Assembly (NCBI GenBank): GCA_002269645.1
Contig: NIVC01000550.1
Location: forward strand, 62,001-126,000
Length of the DNA: 64,000 nt
Reading direction: 5' to 3'
From: Macrostomum lignano
Taxonomy: Eukaryota
In this document: in pieces, positions 1 through 12,400 of the stretch
How positions within the stretch are numbered: the stretch's first letter is position 1
Layout of the letters: each line of letters begins with the position of its first letter
Notes under the pieces: generated by a model
The model's input: the letters and a program-made list of their open reading frames with translations, nothing else
What the model was told of the DNA's origin: nothing
Database searches by the model: none
Program-made: the position numbers and the translations under genes

Positions 1-975
1 GACCCTGTTTTGTTCAGTATGACCTAGTTTTGTTCAGTATGACTCAGTTTTGTTCAGTATGACTTCAGTTCATTCAGTATGACCCTGTTTTGTTCAGTAT
101 GACCCTGTTTTGTTTAGTATGACCTAGTTTTGTTCAGTATGACTTGCGTTCATTCAGTATGGCCTAGTTTTTTCAGTATGACGTGTTCATTCTGTATGAC
201 CTAGTTTTGTTCAGTATGACCTAGTTTTGTTCAGTATGACTTGCGTTCATTCAGTATGACCCAATTTTCTTCAGTATGACCCAGTTTTGTTCAGTATGAC
301 TTGCGTTCATTCTGTATGACCTAGTTTTGTTCAGTATGACTTGCGTTCTTCAGTATGACCCAGTTTTGTTCAGTATGACCCTGTTTTGTTCAGTATGACC
401 TAGTTTTGTTCTGTATGACTCAGTTTTGTTCAGTATGACTTCAGTTCATTCAGTATGACCTAGTTTTTTTCAGTATGATCCAGTTTCGTTCAGTATGACC
501 CAGTTTTGTTCAGTATGACCCAGTTTTGTTCAGTATGACCCAGTTTTGTTCAGTATGACTTGCGTTCATTCAGTATGACCCAGTTTTCTTCAGTATGACT
601 TGTGTTCACTCAGTATGACCCAGTTTTCTTCAGTATGACTTGCGTTCATTAAGTATAATCTAGTTTTGTTCAGTATGACGTGTTCATTCTGTATGACCAA
701 CCATGTAGTTTTGTTCAGTAAGACTTGCGTTCATTCTGTATGACCTAGTTTTGTTCAGTATGACTTGCGTTCATTCAGTATGACCAAGTTTGTTCAATAT
801 TACTTAATTTCATTCAGTATGACCCAGTTTTCTTCAGTATGACCCAGTTTTGTTCAGTATGACTTGAGTTCATTCAGTATGACCCAGTTTTCTTCAGTAT
901 GATTTCAGTTCATTTAGTATGACCAAAAATCATTTAGCATGATCCATTTTTCAGTATAACTAAATTAATTTAATA
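1..975. repeat. Intronic minisatellite, ~20-bp unit CAGTATGACCCAGTTTTGTT, degenerating toward the 3' splice site
   Basis: Direct tandem periodicity from base 1; units decay from ~900 onward; lies upstream of the acceptor at 1117-1118. Confidence 0.95.
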
Positions 976-1118
976 TGACCCAGTTTTGTTCAATATGACC
1001 AAATTATTTAGTATGACTAAGTTTTATTCAGTATTACTAAATTCATTTAGGCTAACCCAGTTTTTACCCAGGCCGAGGTTTGACCTCTTCAAATTGAACC
1101 CTAATTTGACCTCATCAG

Positions 1119-1388
1119 GTTCGCTCGGTGAGCGTCGAAGTTCGGTACCGAGGCCATCGCCTGTTGCCAGGGCCGGCCCTGCTGGTGTGGCCGGAGCAGG
1201 CCGGCCTGCTAGTGACCGGACAGACGGCCACTCAACTGCCGGAATTGTCGCGCAAGCATCGCCTGGCGCGTCTGTCCTCCGGCGTACTGTTGCTAGGCAA
1301 CGGTTGCGCGAGCCAATTAATGGCTACGCTATTCTTTCCTAGCACTAACGTTAAGGTTACTAAGGCGTGGCCGATTCAGGCTGTTTAG
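1119..1388 (+). CDS. Exon of an RluA/RPUSD-family pseudouridine-synthase-like protein with the catalytic Asp replaced by Ala; 5' exons lie outside the window
   Basis: Acceptor ctcatcag|GTT at 1118 in phase 0. Translation has LLVWPEQAGLLVTG (motif-I-like) and HRLARLSSGVLLL, compared with the RluA/RPUSD2 motif II HRLDRLTSGVL, plus VTKAW (VxKxY-like). TAG at 1386-1388. Confidence 0.5.
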   Translation, partial: VRSVSVEVRYRGHRLLPGPALLVWPEQAGLLVTGQTATQLPELSRKHRLARLSSGVLLLGNGCASQLMATLFFPSTNVKVTKAWPIQAV

Positions 1389-1461
1389 TTTTTTGTTGTG
1401 CGTCGTTTCCATTCTGTTTTCTGTTTTTTTTAAAACGAGCTTAAAATTCCGGGTTGGGCTG

Positions 1462-2090
1462 TTGCTGAAGTCTCACCAGTAGATTTCCAACCGGAAGTCT
1501 CACCAGTAGTAGGTTTGTAACCGGAAGTCTCACCAGTAGTAGGTTTGTAACCGGAAGTCTCACCAGTAGTAGCTTTCCAACCGGAAGTCTCACCAGTAGT
1601 AGCTTTCCAACCGGAAGTCTCACCAGTAGGTTTCCAACCGGAAGTCTCACCAGTAGTAGGTTTGTAACCGGAAGTCTCACCAGTAGTAGGTTTGTAACCG
1701 GAAGTCTCACCAGTAGTAGCTTTCCAACCGGAAGTCTCACCAGTAGTAGCTTTCCAACCGGAAGTCTCACCAGTAGGTTTCCAACCGGAAGTCTCACCAG
1801 TAGTAGGTTTGTAACCGGAAGTCTCACCAGTAGTAGGTTTGTAACCGGAAGTCTCACCAGTAGTAGCTTTCTAACCGGAAGTCTCACCAGTAGTAGCTTT
1901 CCAACCGGAAGTCTCACCAGTAGTAGGTTTCCAACCGGAAGTCTCACCAGTAGTAGGTTTGTAACCGGAAGTCTCACCAGTAGTAGCTTTCTAACCGGAA
2001 GTCTCACCAGTAGTAGCTTTCCAACCGGAAGTCTCACCAGTAGTAGGTTTCCAAATGGAAGTCTCACCAGCAGGTTTATAACCGGAAGTC
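1462..2090. repeat. Minisatellite, 30-bp unit ACCGGAAGTCTCACCAGTAGTAGGTTTGTA, with 27-bp variants
   Basis: About 21 tandem copies; explains ORF 1441..2067. Confidence 0.95.
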
Positions 2091-3545
2091 TTGCCGCTAT
2101 TTCAGTAACCCAGGTTGGTGTAAATTTGATTATTCACTGTCCCGTCAAGGAAGCTCTCTTGCTATATACGTTTGTACTTACAAAGTTTTCATTCTACTGT
2201 TAATCATATTTATGACTTATTAAATTAATAATTTCGCTTTAAACAATTTTCTATTGAATATATAGATTACAAGTTGCCAATATTATAAATCTGTTCTATT
2301 AAACTTGTATATCAATATTAAATTTGTGCATGTCGTCATTTTCAGAGATTAATCTAGTCTGGTTAAATGCTTTATCGGATTAAAACAGTTAATTATACTA
2401 TCATGTGATTCTATGAATATGCGATGTATTTGTACGAGCTACATATTCTCATATTTTCTGATTCTCTTTAACAATTGACTGTGATTAAAGATTTAATATA
2501 AAATATAGTTGTTAAAGTGATCAGTTAAGAATTTAGATTTACTACTAAAGCATTGAACCACTTTGAATTCGATTGTTTAATAATCATTCTTCATTTTTTT
2601 ATAAAAATAAATATTACAAATTGGAAAACATCAGCTGCATACTTCCAGTAGTAATTGCAGTAGTAATAGTCAAAATAGAAATTAACTATAAAACAAATTA
2701 TATATTTCCTAAGTTGCAGACTACATTTAGAAAGTACATTCAAGTCAATTAATTTTGTCTAATAATTAATAAGAGTCACGAACATTGAATTGCAAGCTGG
2801 TCAAATTAAATATGATGTCAGCAACAATATACAACATTGCAATAAGGAATAACAGATATAAGCAAATTTACCAGGACAGACACTAAATTCACATTTGAAA
2901 ATGATTGTTTTGAGTAGTGTAACGAACAAGGTGTATAGATAGTATCAGTGTGACTATGCAAATTGCTAAACTTATTATATATACATAGACTGTTTCCGTG
3001 AAAAATGAACGAGTATAATAAAACTAGTATGAGAGATTAAGTGCGCCTATATATGCTCCGATATGGATCGCCGGCAGGTGCAGTCATATTTACAAAGACA
3101 ACGGCGCATAAACACGCAAAAATATTTAATTTTATTCAACACTTGACAACAAGAGGTTTAATATTTGAAAGTAGTATTTGTAAATAATGCGACACAACAA
3201 ATGCTTTATAATAATGATAGTAATAAATAGAGTTTAGTTAAAAACTTATTTGTTGAACCTAAATTAAACCGACAAATTTTTGTCAGGCAGCTACAATTAA
3301 ACTCTTTAATCCAGCCTAAGCTAACAGCATCGCCCACAGTTCAGTCGAGAACCAATCAAGCAAGCTATTGAAGACTTGCATTTCATTGTCTATGGCCCAA
3401 AAAGGGGGCCTGTGGATCTGTCCAGCACTGCTTTGAGACAAAAAACGGAATTGCTCTCGGCTTATATATACTGTACGTCATAGCTTTTGCCCTTGTCTGT
3501 TTTGATTTCTTTAAATGAAATTAAAGTATGCAATATACCGTAGAT

Positions 3546-3922
3546 AGCAACTGAGGATCTGGGAGGCTGGCCCAGCAACTGAGGATCTGGGAGGCTGGCC
3601 CAGCAACTGAGGATCTGGGAGGCTGGCCCAGCAACTGAAGATTTGGGAGGCTGGCCCAGCAACTAGGGATCTGGGAGGCTGGCCCAGCAACTGAGGATCT
3701 GGGAGGCTGGTGACCCAGCAACCGAGGATCTGGGGGGCTGGCCCAGCAACTGAGGATCTAGGAGGGTGGACCAGCAACTGGGGATCTGGGAGGCTGGCCC
3801 AGCAACTGAGGATCTGGGAGGCTGGCCCAGCAACTGAGGATCTGGGAGGCTGGCCCAGCAACTGGGGATCTGGGAGGCTGGCCCAGCAACTGAGGATCTG
3901 GAAGTCTGGCCCAGCAACTGAC
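3546..3922. repeat. 28-bp minisatellite AGGATCTGGGAGGCTGGCCCAGCAACTG (locus 1, downstream of SETD8)
   Basis: About 13 copies; same unit at 6052-6300 and 7122-8075. Confidence 0.95.
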
Positions 3923-4002
3923 CTCTGGGAGTCTTCAATAGCTTGATTCTTCATCTAAGAATCGCATTGGTTGCCCCTATGTCTAAATATAAAAACACCA
4001 GT

Positions 4003-5677
4003 TCAGCACTTCAGCCAGGGATGCGCAGCCAGAGTAGCCGGGTCCCTATCGCCGTAGTCGTAGACCAGCTCCTCGCCCGGCGAGATGTCTCGCTTAGCAA
4101 ACAGGCACAGGTGCGTCCGGTCGCCAATGCACACCACCTTGGTGTAGCAGTTGGGCGCCAGACGGCTGTGGTTCAACAGCCGGCCATAGTAGGGACTCTC
4201 GGCCGTGGCGTCAACGCACAATTTCACGCCGCGAGCAACAAAATAGTACATATAGCAGCCCACAGTTGGGTCGCTATTATAGGCCTGTTCGCGCAGCTTG
4301 GCAGCTTTGAAATCAATTAAATCGCCTTTGTATTCAACTACGAATTCGTCGCGACTGAAAGCTCTAGTGGCCACAATGCCGCGGCCTTTGTCCGGAAAGT
4401 CAACCACTTTGAGGCCGTCCTGACAGACCCTGCTAATCCGATTGATGGTCTCCGCCTCCGAGTCGAACTGCGCCGCTTTTAACAAGCGGCGCTCGCTTCT
4501 GCGCGTGCCAACCAGAGCTGGGAAGAAATTCTCTAAGCTGGCAGATTTTCCGCCAAGACTGGATTGCCTGTTGCCGCTGCTTGACGAGGATGCAGTTGAT
4601 GAAGACGAGCTGCTGGAAGCGGAGGATGAAACGGCAGCTGGAGTCGAGCGGTTATCGCAGGATTTGCTGCGACGAATCGATTTGGGCGTTGGCCGCTGGG
4701 ACGCCTGCTGGTTGTTTTGATTGGGATTTGGTTGGCGGGGCGGCTGCGAGTGAATTCTAGCACTCAATAATCAGCTTCATCGTTAAGACAGACTAATAGG
4801 CTTAAAACATCTATCTATTATTTCGCTAAGTATTTCGGGTCGTGCCCTTTTGTTTGCAAATATAAAAATGATTTTAATAGAGATCAACGATGTTGAGGGT
4901 CGAGGGTTCGTGAACTTAAACCTAACAAAGAAGGTTCGTGACCTTAATAATATAATAATAACAATTGATTACACCTGCCCCAGTTGGGCCAGATGTGCAA
5001 CCGACAGCTCAGCCGCAGCTATTGCGCGGCGCATCTGAAGGCTGCGTACGGCTGTTCAGTCCAAGGACTGGGGGGTCGCCACACACACCCTCAATTACCC
5101 CAGCTAATGCTGGCACCCATTTTACAGCTGGGGAGAACTGAAGCAATGCAGAGAGTTAAGTGTCTTGCTCAAGGACACAAATTGTTCCGAGTGAGTCAAG
5201 AATCGAGCCCCCGACCTCCAAGTTGTGAGTCCGATGCTCTGACCACTAGGCTACAACCTAACAAAGGGTCGTGACCTTAAACCTAACACAGAAGGCTTGT
5301 TATTTCTAAATCCGAACGCATTTTTGAAATTTCGCTAAACAAAGGGTAGTTGAACAAACCTTGACATTTCCATTGACAAATCCATTGTCATTTGCAGTTG
5401 AAGACGCACTACGGCCAGCATTAACTTGATTATTAGTGTCTCCCGTAGCCTGTTTGTCCAATTCCAATCTGGCAGACTTGACAGGTGAGCGTTGAGCCTG
5501 TTTCACCTGTAGAGACGGCTGCTCGGCAACAGGCGACAGCACCAGTTGAGTCTGTACTAGGCGTCTCGATGCACCAGCCGGTTTGCTTGAAGATTGCTTT
5601 TTAGATTTCAACGGTTTGATTGTTGGCTCCAAGTAGTCAGTTGTAGGCTTGGATGCCATCTCAGCAGCTGATGACAT
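4003..5677 (-). CDS. SETD8: H4K20 monomethyltransferase PR-Set7/SETD8; exons 5677..5360 and 4743..4003, ~352 aa
   Basis: SET domain with GRGIVA, YMYYF, CVDAT, GRLLNHS, ELVYDYGDR and C-terminal AHPWLK typical of SETD8. Donor AAG|gtttgt and acceptor tcgcag|CCG are both phase 0. Confidence 0.93.
4962..5260 (-). mobile_element. tRNA-derived SINE with CORE-like central domain, in the SETD8 intron
   Basis: Minus strand shows an A box TAGCCTAGTGG, a B-box-like GGCTCGATTC, then TGTGTCCTTGAGCAAGACACTTAACTCTCT...CAGCTGTAAAATGGG resembling the MIR CORE, and a (TTA)n-like tail. Confidence 0.75.
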
Positions 5678-6051
5678 TATGATCTTTATGAATATGCTGC
5701 ACTTGCAATTCAATGCTGCAATTAGAATATAATGCTGCTTTTATAAGGCTATTTTTCAACACTACTCTACTACTCGTATAAGTAGCATTGCTAAACATAT
5801 AGAAATAACCGAAAGCATTAGGTAGGACTTCGAAGACAGTAAAAAAACTTCAATGCTTTATTACATGGCGAAAGACTCGCAGACACGATAGAATCAGTAT
5901 AAAATTTTTTAACCTTGATAACATCGAAATTCACATTGGGGAGCGAATTCCTAGTCCCGCCTAGCGAAATAAATATGAAATACTACTGATAAGAGCTGTT
6001 CTTGCTTTGGTAGGCAAATATTTGATGGAAGCATGAACAATGCATGTCATA

Positions 6052-6300
6052 TGGCTGGCCCAGCAACTGGGGATCTGGGAGGCTGGCCCAGCAACTGAGG
6101 ATCTGGAGGCTGGCCCAGCAACTGGGGATCTGGGAGGCTGGCTCAGCAACTGAGGATCTGGGAGGCTGGCTCAGCAACTGGGGATCTGGGAGGCTGGCCC
6201 AGCAACTGGGGATCTGGGAGGCTGGCTCAGCAACTGGGGATCTGGGAGGCTGGCCCAGCAACTGGGGATCTGGGAGGCTGGCTCAGCAACTGGGGATCTG
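6052..6300. repeat. 28-bp minisatellite (locus 2, between the MIPEP stop and SETD8 start)
   Basis: About 9 copies of the same unit as 3546-3922. Confidence 0.95.
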
Positions 6301-6432
6301 CGGCTTCTGTTAGATAGAAAACGATTAAAGCAACGATCAGCGATATTCAAATTCAATCCTAAAGCACACTAATTCTGGTATGAAAAAGTGACTGAGGCCC
6401 AGATTTCAGAATAATAAGATCAACAATCTCAA

Positions 6433-9400
6433 CTACAAATTGGCAGCCAAAGCATCAACCAGACAGTCAACAGTGACTGACTGCCCAGTCAGCTCCGCCA
6501 CCATGCTAGCCGTGGACTCCTCGCCGCCCCTGGCCAGCAGTCTCAGTTCGTAGTCCCTGCCAGCCGAGGAGCACAGAGGATCCTTGGCAAATCTGGTTGA
6601 CCAGACCAGAGAAGCGATGGCTTTAGACACCAGGTAAGCGTGATATTTAGCTCCGTAGCCAACCAGGTGAGTGAACCGGTGTTGCCAAGCCGTACCAGGC
6701 GGGGGCACCGGTAAATACCGCAGACTGGGCCTGCTGGCCAACTGTTGGAACACAGCGGTAGTGCTGGCCTTATCCTTCGTAGGCGGCGGATCCGACGAAT
6801 GCAGCTCCATGTCCAGCATGGAGTACAGAATCTGCTGCTGCCGACTGACGCCAGGCAGAACGTGGCGCGATGCCTGCAGCGGAGCGTAGAGCCGTTCTGG
6901 CAACGGTTCGCCAGTGCGCCAGTGCCTGCGGGAATAGCAGGCGACTTTATCATTTTATATGGAGAGTCTGCGTAGGCTACTTGCGGTAGTGTACAAGTAG
7001 ACCTGACTGACGGAAAACTTTTAATTTGCAGACAGAAAGAAGAAAGGGTATTTTTCAAATATACCTTTGGAATAGCTAGGATTGCTGTTGAACTTTATAC
7101 GATATGCGAGGGTAGGTGAGCAACCCGGATCTGGGAGGCTGGCCCAGCAACTGGGGATCTAGGAGGTTGGCATAGCAACTGAGGACCTGGGAGGCTGGCC
7201 CAGCAACTGGGGATCTAGGAGGTTGGCATAGCAACTGAGGACCTGGGAGGCTGGCCCAGCAACTGGGATCTAGGAGGTTGGCATAGCAACTGAGGACCTG
7301 GGAGGCTGGCCCAGCAACTGGGATCTAGGAGGTTGGCATAGCAACTGAGGATCTGGGATGCTGGCCCAGCAACTGAGGATCTAGGAGGTTGGCATAGCAA
7401 CTGAGGATCTGGGAGGCTGGCCCAGCAACTGGGGATCTGGGAGGCTGGCATAGCAACTGGGGATCTAGGAGGCTGACCCAGCAACTGAGGATCTGGGAGG
7501 CTGGCCCAGCAACTGGGGATCTAGGAGGTTGGCATAGCAACTGAGGATCTGGGAGGCTGGCCCAGCAACTGGGGATCTGGGAGGTTGGCATAGCAACTGA
7601 GGATCTGGGAGGCTGGCCCAGCAACTGGGATCTAGGAGGTTGGCATAGCAACTGAGGACCTGGGAGGCTGGCCCAGCAACTGGGATCTAGGAGGTTGGCA
7701 TAGCAACTGAGGATCTGGGATGCTGGCCCAGCAACTGAGGATCTAGGAGGTTGGCATAGCAACTGAGGATCTGGGAGGCTGGCCCAGCAACTGGGGATCT
7801 GGGAGGCTGGCATAGCAACTGGGGATCTAGGAGGCTGACCCAGCAACTAAGGATCTGGGAGGCTGGCCCAGCAACTGGGGATCTAGGAGGTTGGCATAGC
7901 AACTGAGGATCTGGGAGGCTGGCCCAGCAACTGGGGATCTGGGAGGTTGGCATAGCAACTGAGGATCTGGGAGGCTGGCCCAGCAACTGGGATCTAGGAG
8001 GTTGGCATAGCAACTGAGTATCTCAGAGGCTGGCCTAGCAACTGGGGATCTGGGAGGCTGGTGGCTCAGCAACTGAAGATTAGCGAGTAACAGACTCACT
8101 TAGCATAGTGCTTAAGCACCTCAGGCCGAAAGGCGAACATCTCCATGATGGTGCTGGGCACCTCGGCCAGATCAGTGCTGCACCTGGTCCCAGTCACGTG
8201 CTGATACCTTGTGCAGCCGAGTACCGAATGCAGGGCGTGCCCGAACTCGTGAAACAGATTCTCCACTTGGCCAGGGGACAGCAGGCTTGGCGCACTCACT
8301 GAACCCATGGCAGGGTCCGGGCACTGCAGCTGCAGGCACACTATAGGCGGCTGATGCGGCGGGTTGGGGCCGCTGCGACCGCCTCGAATAGTGAAATGAC
8401 AATCCTGAACTGGCTTGCCCGCTCGGGGAAAGAAATCGCAATAAATACTGCCGAGATCTTCGCCTGCGCCTGCGTTGCCATGGTTACGACGAACGTTGAT
8501 TTTAAATACTCGACTATCCCAGACTTCACCGTCTAGTGGAGACTCAACTAGGCAGAGTTGCACGTTGAATAGGCGTTCGGCCACGTAGGCTATGCCGGAT
8601 AAACAGCTTCCGATGGAGAAGAACTCTTCAATGTTACGGGAGGCTGGATCTCCTGCAGAATGGGAGATTGCATGCGTGTGATTTAGTGTCTGTCTTCCCT
8701 TAATCTATGAGTGTCTTCCCATATCCCATCAGTGTCTTCCCACATCCCATCAGTGTCTTCACATATCCCATCAGTGTCTTCCCACATCCCATCAGTGTCT
8801 TCACATATCCCATCAGTGTCTTCCCACATCCCATCAGTGTCTTCACATATCCAATCAGTGTCTTCCCACATCCCATCAGTGTCTTCCCATACCCCATCAA
8901 TGTCTTCCCATACCCCATCAATGTCTTCCCATATCCCATCAGTGTCTTCCCACACCCCATCAGTGCCTCACCTTTAAAACAAGCGGCGGTAGCCACATTG
9001 ACCAAATAGACAAAGTCCCAGGCTCCAACAGTCTCGCCAAGCGCCTCATCTCCGCTACCTTCAATACCAAGATAGCGACGCATAGTTTTAGCGTCCCGAG
9101 CAGCAGAAGACTCCAAACGGTCGGCTAAGCCGGTAAGAAAAGCTCGAACTGATTCCGGGGAATCCAGCAGAGAGCCCGCCGTGGCTCTGTCGGCAAACGA
9201 TTTGAAACCGGCTAATCTGGCGATTTCTAACCTGGTTGACAGCAGCTGGCAGAGGGTTGCCTCCTGCGAGTGGCGAGTTGTCGGGGCGATTCTTATTGAT
9301 TGGGGGCAATTCTTATTGATTGGGGGCAATTCTTATTGATTGGGGGCAATTCTTATTGATTGGGGCAATTCTTATTGATTGGGGCAATTCTTATTGATTG

Positions 9401-12400
9401 GGGCAATTCTTATTGATTGGGGGCAATTCTTATTGATTGGGGGCAATTCTTATTGATTGGGGGCAATTCTTATTGATTGGGGGCGATTCTTATTGATTGG
9501 GGGCGATTCTTATTGATTGAGGGCGATTCTTATTGATTGGGGGCGGTTCTTATTGTTTGGGGGCGATTCTTAATGATTGGGGTGATTCCAATTGATTGGG
9601 GGCGATTCTTATTGTTTGGGGGCGATTCTTATTGATTGGGGTGATTCCTATTGATTGGGGGCGATTCTTATTGTTTGGGGGCGATTCTTATTGATTGGGG
9701 GCGATTCTTATTGATTGAGGGCGATTCTTATTGATTGGGGGCGATTCTTATTGATTGGGGGCGATTCTTATTGTTTGGGGGCGATTGTTATTGATTGGGG
9801 GCGATTCTTATTGTTTGGGGGCGATTGTTATTGATGGAGCGATTCTTATTGTTTGGGGGCGATTCTTATTGTTTGGGGCGATTCTTATTGTTTGGGGCGA
9901 TTCTTATTGTTTGGGGGCGATTGTTATTGATGGGAGCGATTCTTATTGTTTGGGGGCGATTCTTATTGATTGGGGGCGATTCTTATTGATTGGGAGCGAT
10001 TCCAATTGATTGGGGGCGATTCTTATTGTTTGGGGGCGATTCTTATTGATTGGGAGCGATTCCAATTGATTGGGGGCGATTCTTATTGTTTGGGGGCGAT
10101 TCTTATTGATTGGGGGCGATTCTTATTGATTGGGGGCGATTCTTATTGTTTGGGGGCGATTCTTATTCTTTAAGGGGGGGGGGGGGGTGATTCTTATTGA
10201 TTAAGGGCGATTCTTATTGATTGGGAGCGATTCTTATTGATTGGGGGCGATTCTTATTGATTGGGGGCGATTCCTATTGTTTGGGGGCGATTCTTATTGA
10301 TTGGGAGCGATTCTTTTTGATTGGGAGCGATTCTTATTGATTGGGGGCGATTCTTATTGTTAGGGGCGATTCTTATTGTTTGGGAACGATTCTTATTGAT
10401 TGGGGGCGATTCCTATTGTTTGGGGGCGATTCTTATTGATTCGGAGCGATTCTTATTGATTGGGGGCGATTCTTATTGATTGGGGGCGATTCTTATTGTT
10501 TGGGGGGATTCTTATTGTTTGGGGGCGATTCTTATTGATTGGGAGCGATTCTTATTGATTGGGAGCGATTCTTATTGTTAGGGGCGATTCTTATTGTTTG
10601 GGAACGATTCTTATTGATTGGGGGCGATTCCTATTGTTTGGGGGCGATTCTTATTGATTCGGAGCGATTCTTATTGATTGGGGGCGATTCTTATTGATTG
10701 GGGGCGATTCTTATTGTTTGGGGGCGATTCTTATTGATAAAGGGCGATTCTTATTGATTGGGAGCGATTCTTATTGTTAGGGGCGATTCTTATTGTTTGG
10801 GAACGATTCTTATTGATTGGGGGCGATTCTTATTGTTTGGGGGCGATTCTTATTGATTGGGGTGATTCCAATTGATTGGGGGCGATTCTTATTGATTGGG
10901 GGCGATTCTGACTGATTGGGGGCGATTCTTATTGATTGAGGGCGATTCTTATTGTTTGGGGGCGATTCTTATTGATTGGGGTGATTCCAATTGATTGGGG
11001 GCGATTCTTATTGTTTGGGGGCGATTCTTATTGATTCGGAGCGATTCTTATTGATTGGGGGCGATTCTTATTGTTTGGGGGCGATTCTTATTGATTGGGG
11101 GCGATTCTTATTGATTGGGAGCGATTCCAATTGATTGGGGGCGATTCTTATTATTTGGGGGCGATTCTTATTGATTGGGAGCGATTCCAATTGATTGGGG
11201 GCGATTCTTATTGTTTGGGGGCGATTCTTATTGATTGGGGGCGATTCTTATTGATTGGGGGCGATTCTTATTGTTTGGGGCGATTCTTATTCTTTAGGGG
11301 GGGGGGTGATTCTTATTGATTAAGGGCGATTCTTATTGATTGGGAGCGATTCTTATTGATTGGGGGCGATTCTTATTGATTGGGGGCGATTCCTATTGTT
11401 TGGGGGCGATTCTTATTGATTGGGAGCGATTCTTTTTGATTGGGAGCGATTCTTATTGATTGGGGGCGATTCTTATTGTTAGGGGCGATTCTTATTGTTT
11501 GGGAACGATTCTTATTGATTGGGGGCGATTCCTATTGTTTGGGGGCGATTCTTATTGATTCGGAGCGATTCTTTTTGATTGGAAGCGTTTCTTATTGATT
11601 GGGGGCGATTCCTATTGTTTGGGGGCGATTCTTATTGATTGGGAGCGATTCTTTTTGATTGGGGGCGATTCTTATTGATTGGGGGCGATTCTTATTGTTA
11701 GGGGCGATTCTTATTGTTTGGGATCGATTCTTATTGATTGGGGGCGATTCCTATTGTTTGGGGGCGATTCTTATTGATTCGAAGCGATTTTTATTGATTG
11801 AGGGTGATTCTTAGTGTTTGGGGGCCATTCTTATTGATTGGGGTGATTCCAATTGATTGGGGGCGATTCTTATTGTTTGGGGGCGATTCTTATTGATTGG
11901 GGGCGATTCTTATTGATTGAGGGCGATTCTTATTGATTGGGGGCGATTCTTATTGATTGGGGGCGATTCTTATTGATTGGGGGCGATTCTTATTGATTGG
12001 GGGCGATTCTTATTGTTTGGGGGCGATTGTTATTGATGGGAGCGATTCTTATTGTTTGGCGGCGATTCTTATTGTTTGGGGGCGATTCTTATTGTTTGGG
12101 GGCGATTCTTATTGTTTGGGGGCGATTGTTATTGATGGGAGCGATTCTTATTGTTTGGGGGCGATTTTTATTGATTGGGGCGATTCTTATTGATTGGGGC
12201 GATTCTTATTGATTGGGGGCGATTCTTATTGTTTGGGGGCGATTCTTATTGTTTAGGGGGGGGGGTGATTCTTATTGATTAAGGGCGATTCCTATTGATT
12301 GGGAGCGATTCTTATTGATTGGGGGCGATTCTTATTGTTTGGGGGCGATTCCTATTGTTTGGGGGCGATTCTTATTGATTCGGAGCGATTCTTATTGATT

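Noticed and set aside
1119-1388. NDUFAF3/Mth938-like assignment
   Set aside because: The HRLxRLSSGVLL motif fits the RluA family better, and the Mth938 C-terminal half is absent
1441-2067. 208-aa ORF and similar repeat ORFs (3.5-3.9, 7-8, 9.7-19.9, 52 and 60.4-60.9 kb)
   Set aside because: Periodic translations of minisatellites; no domain signal
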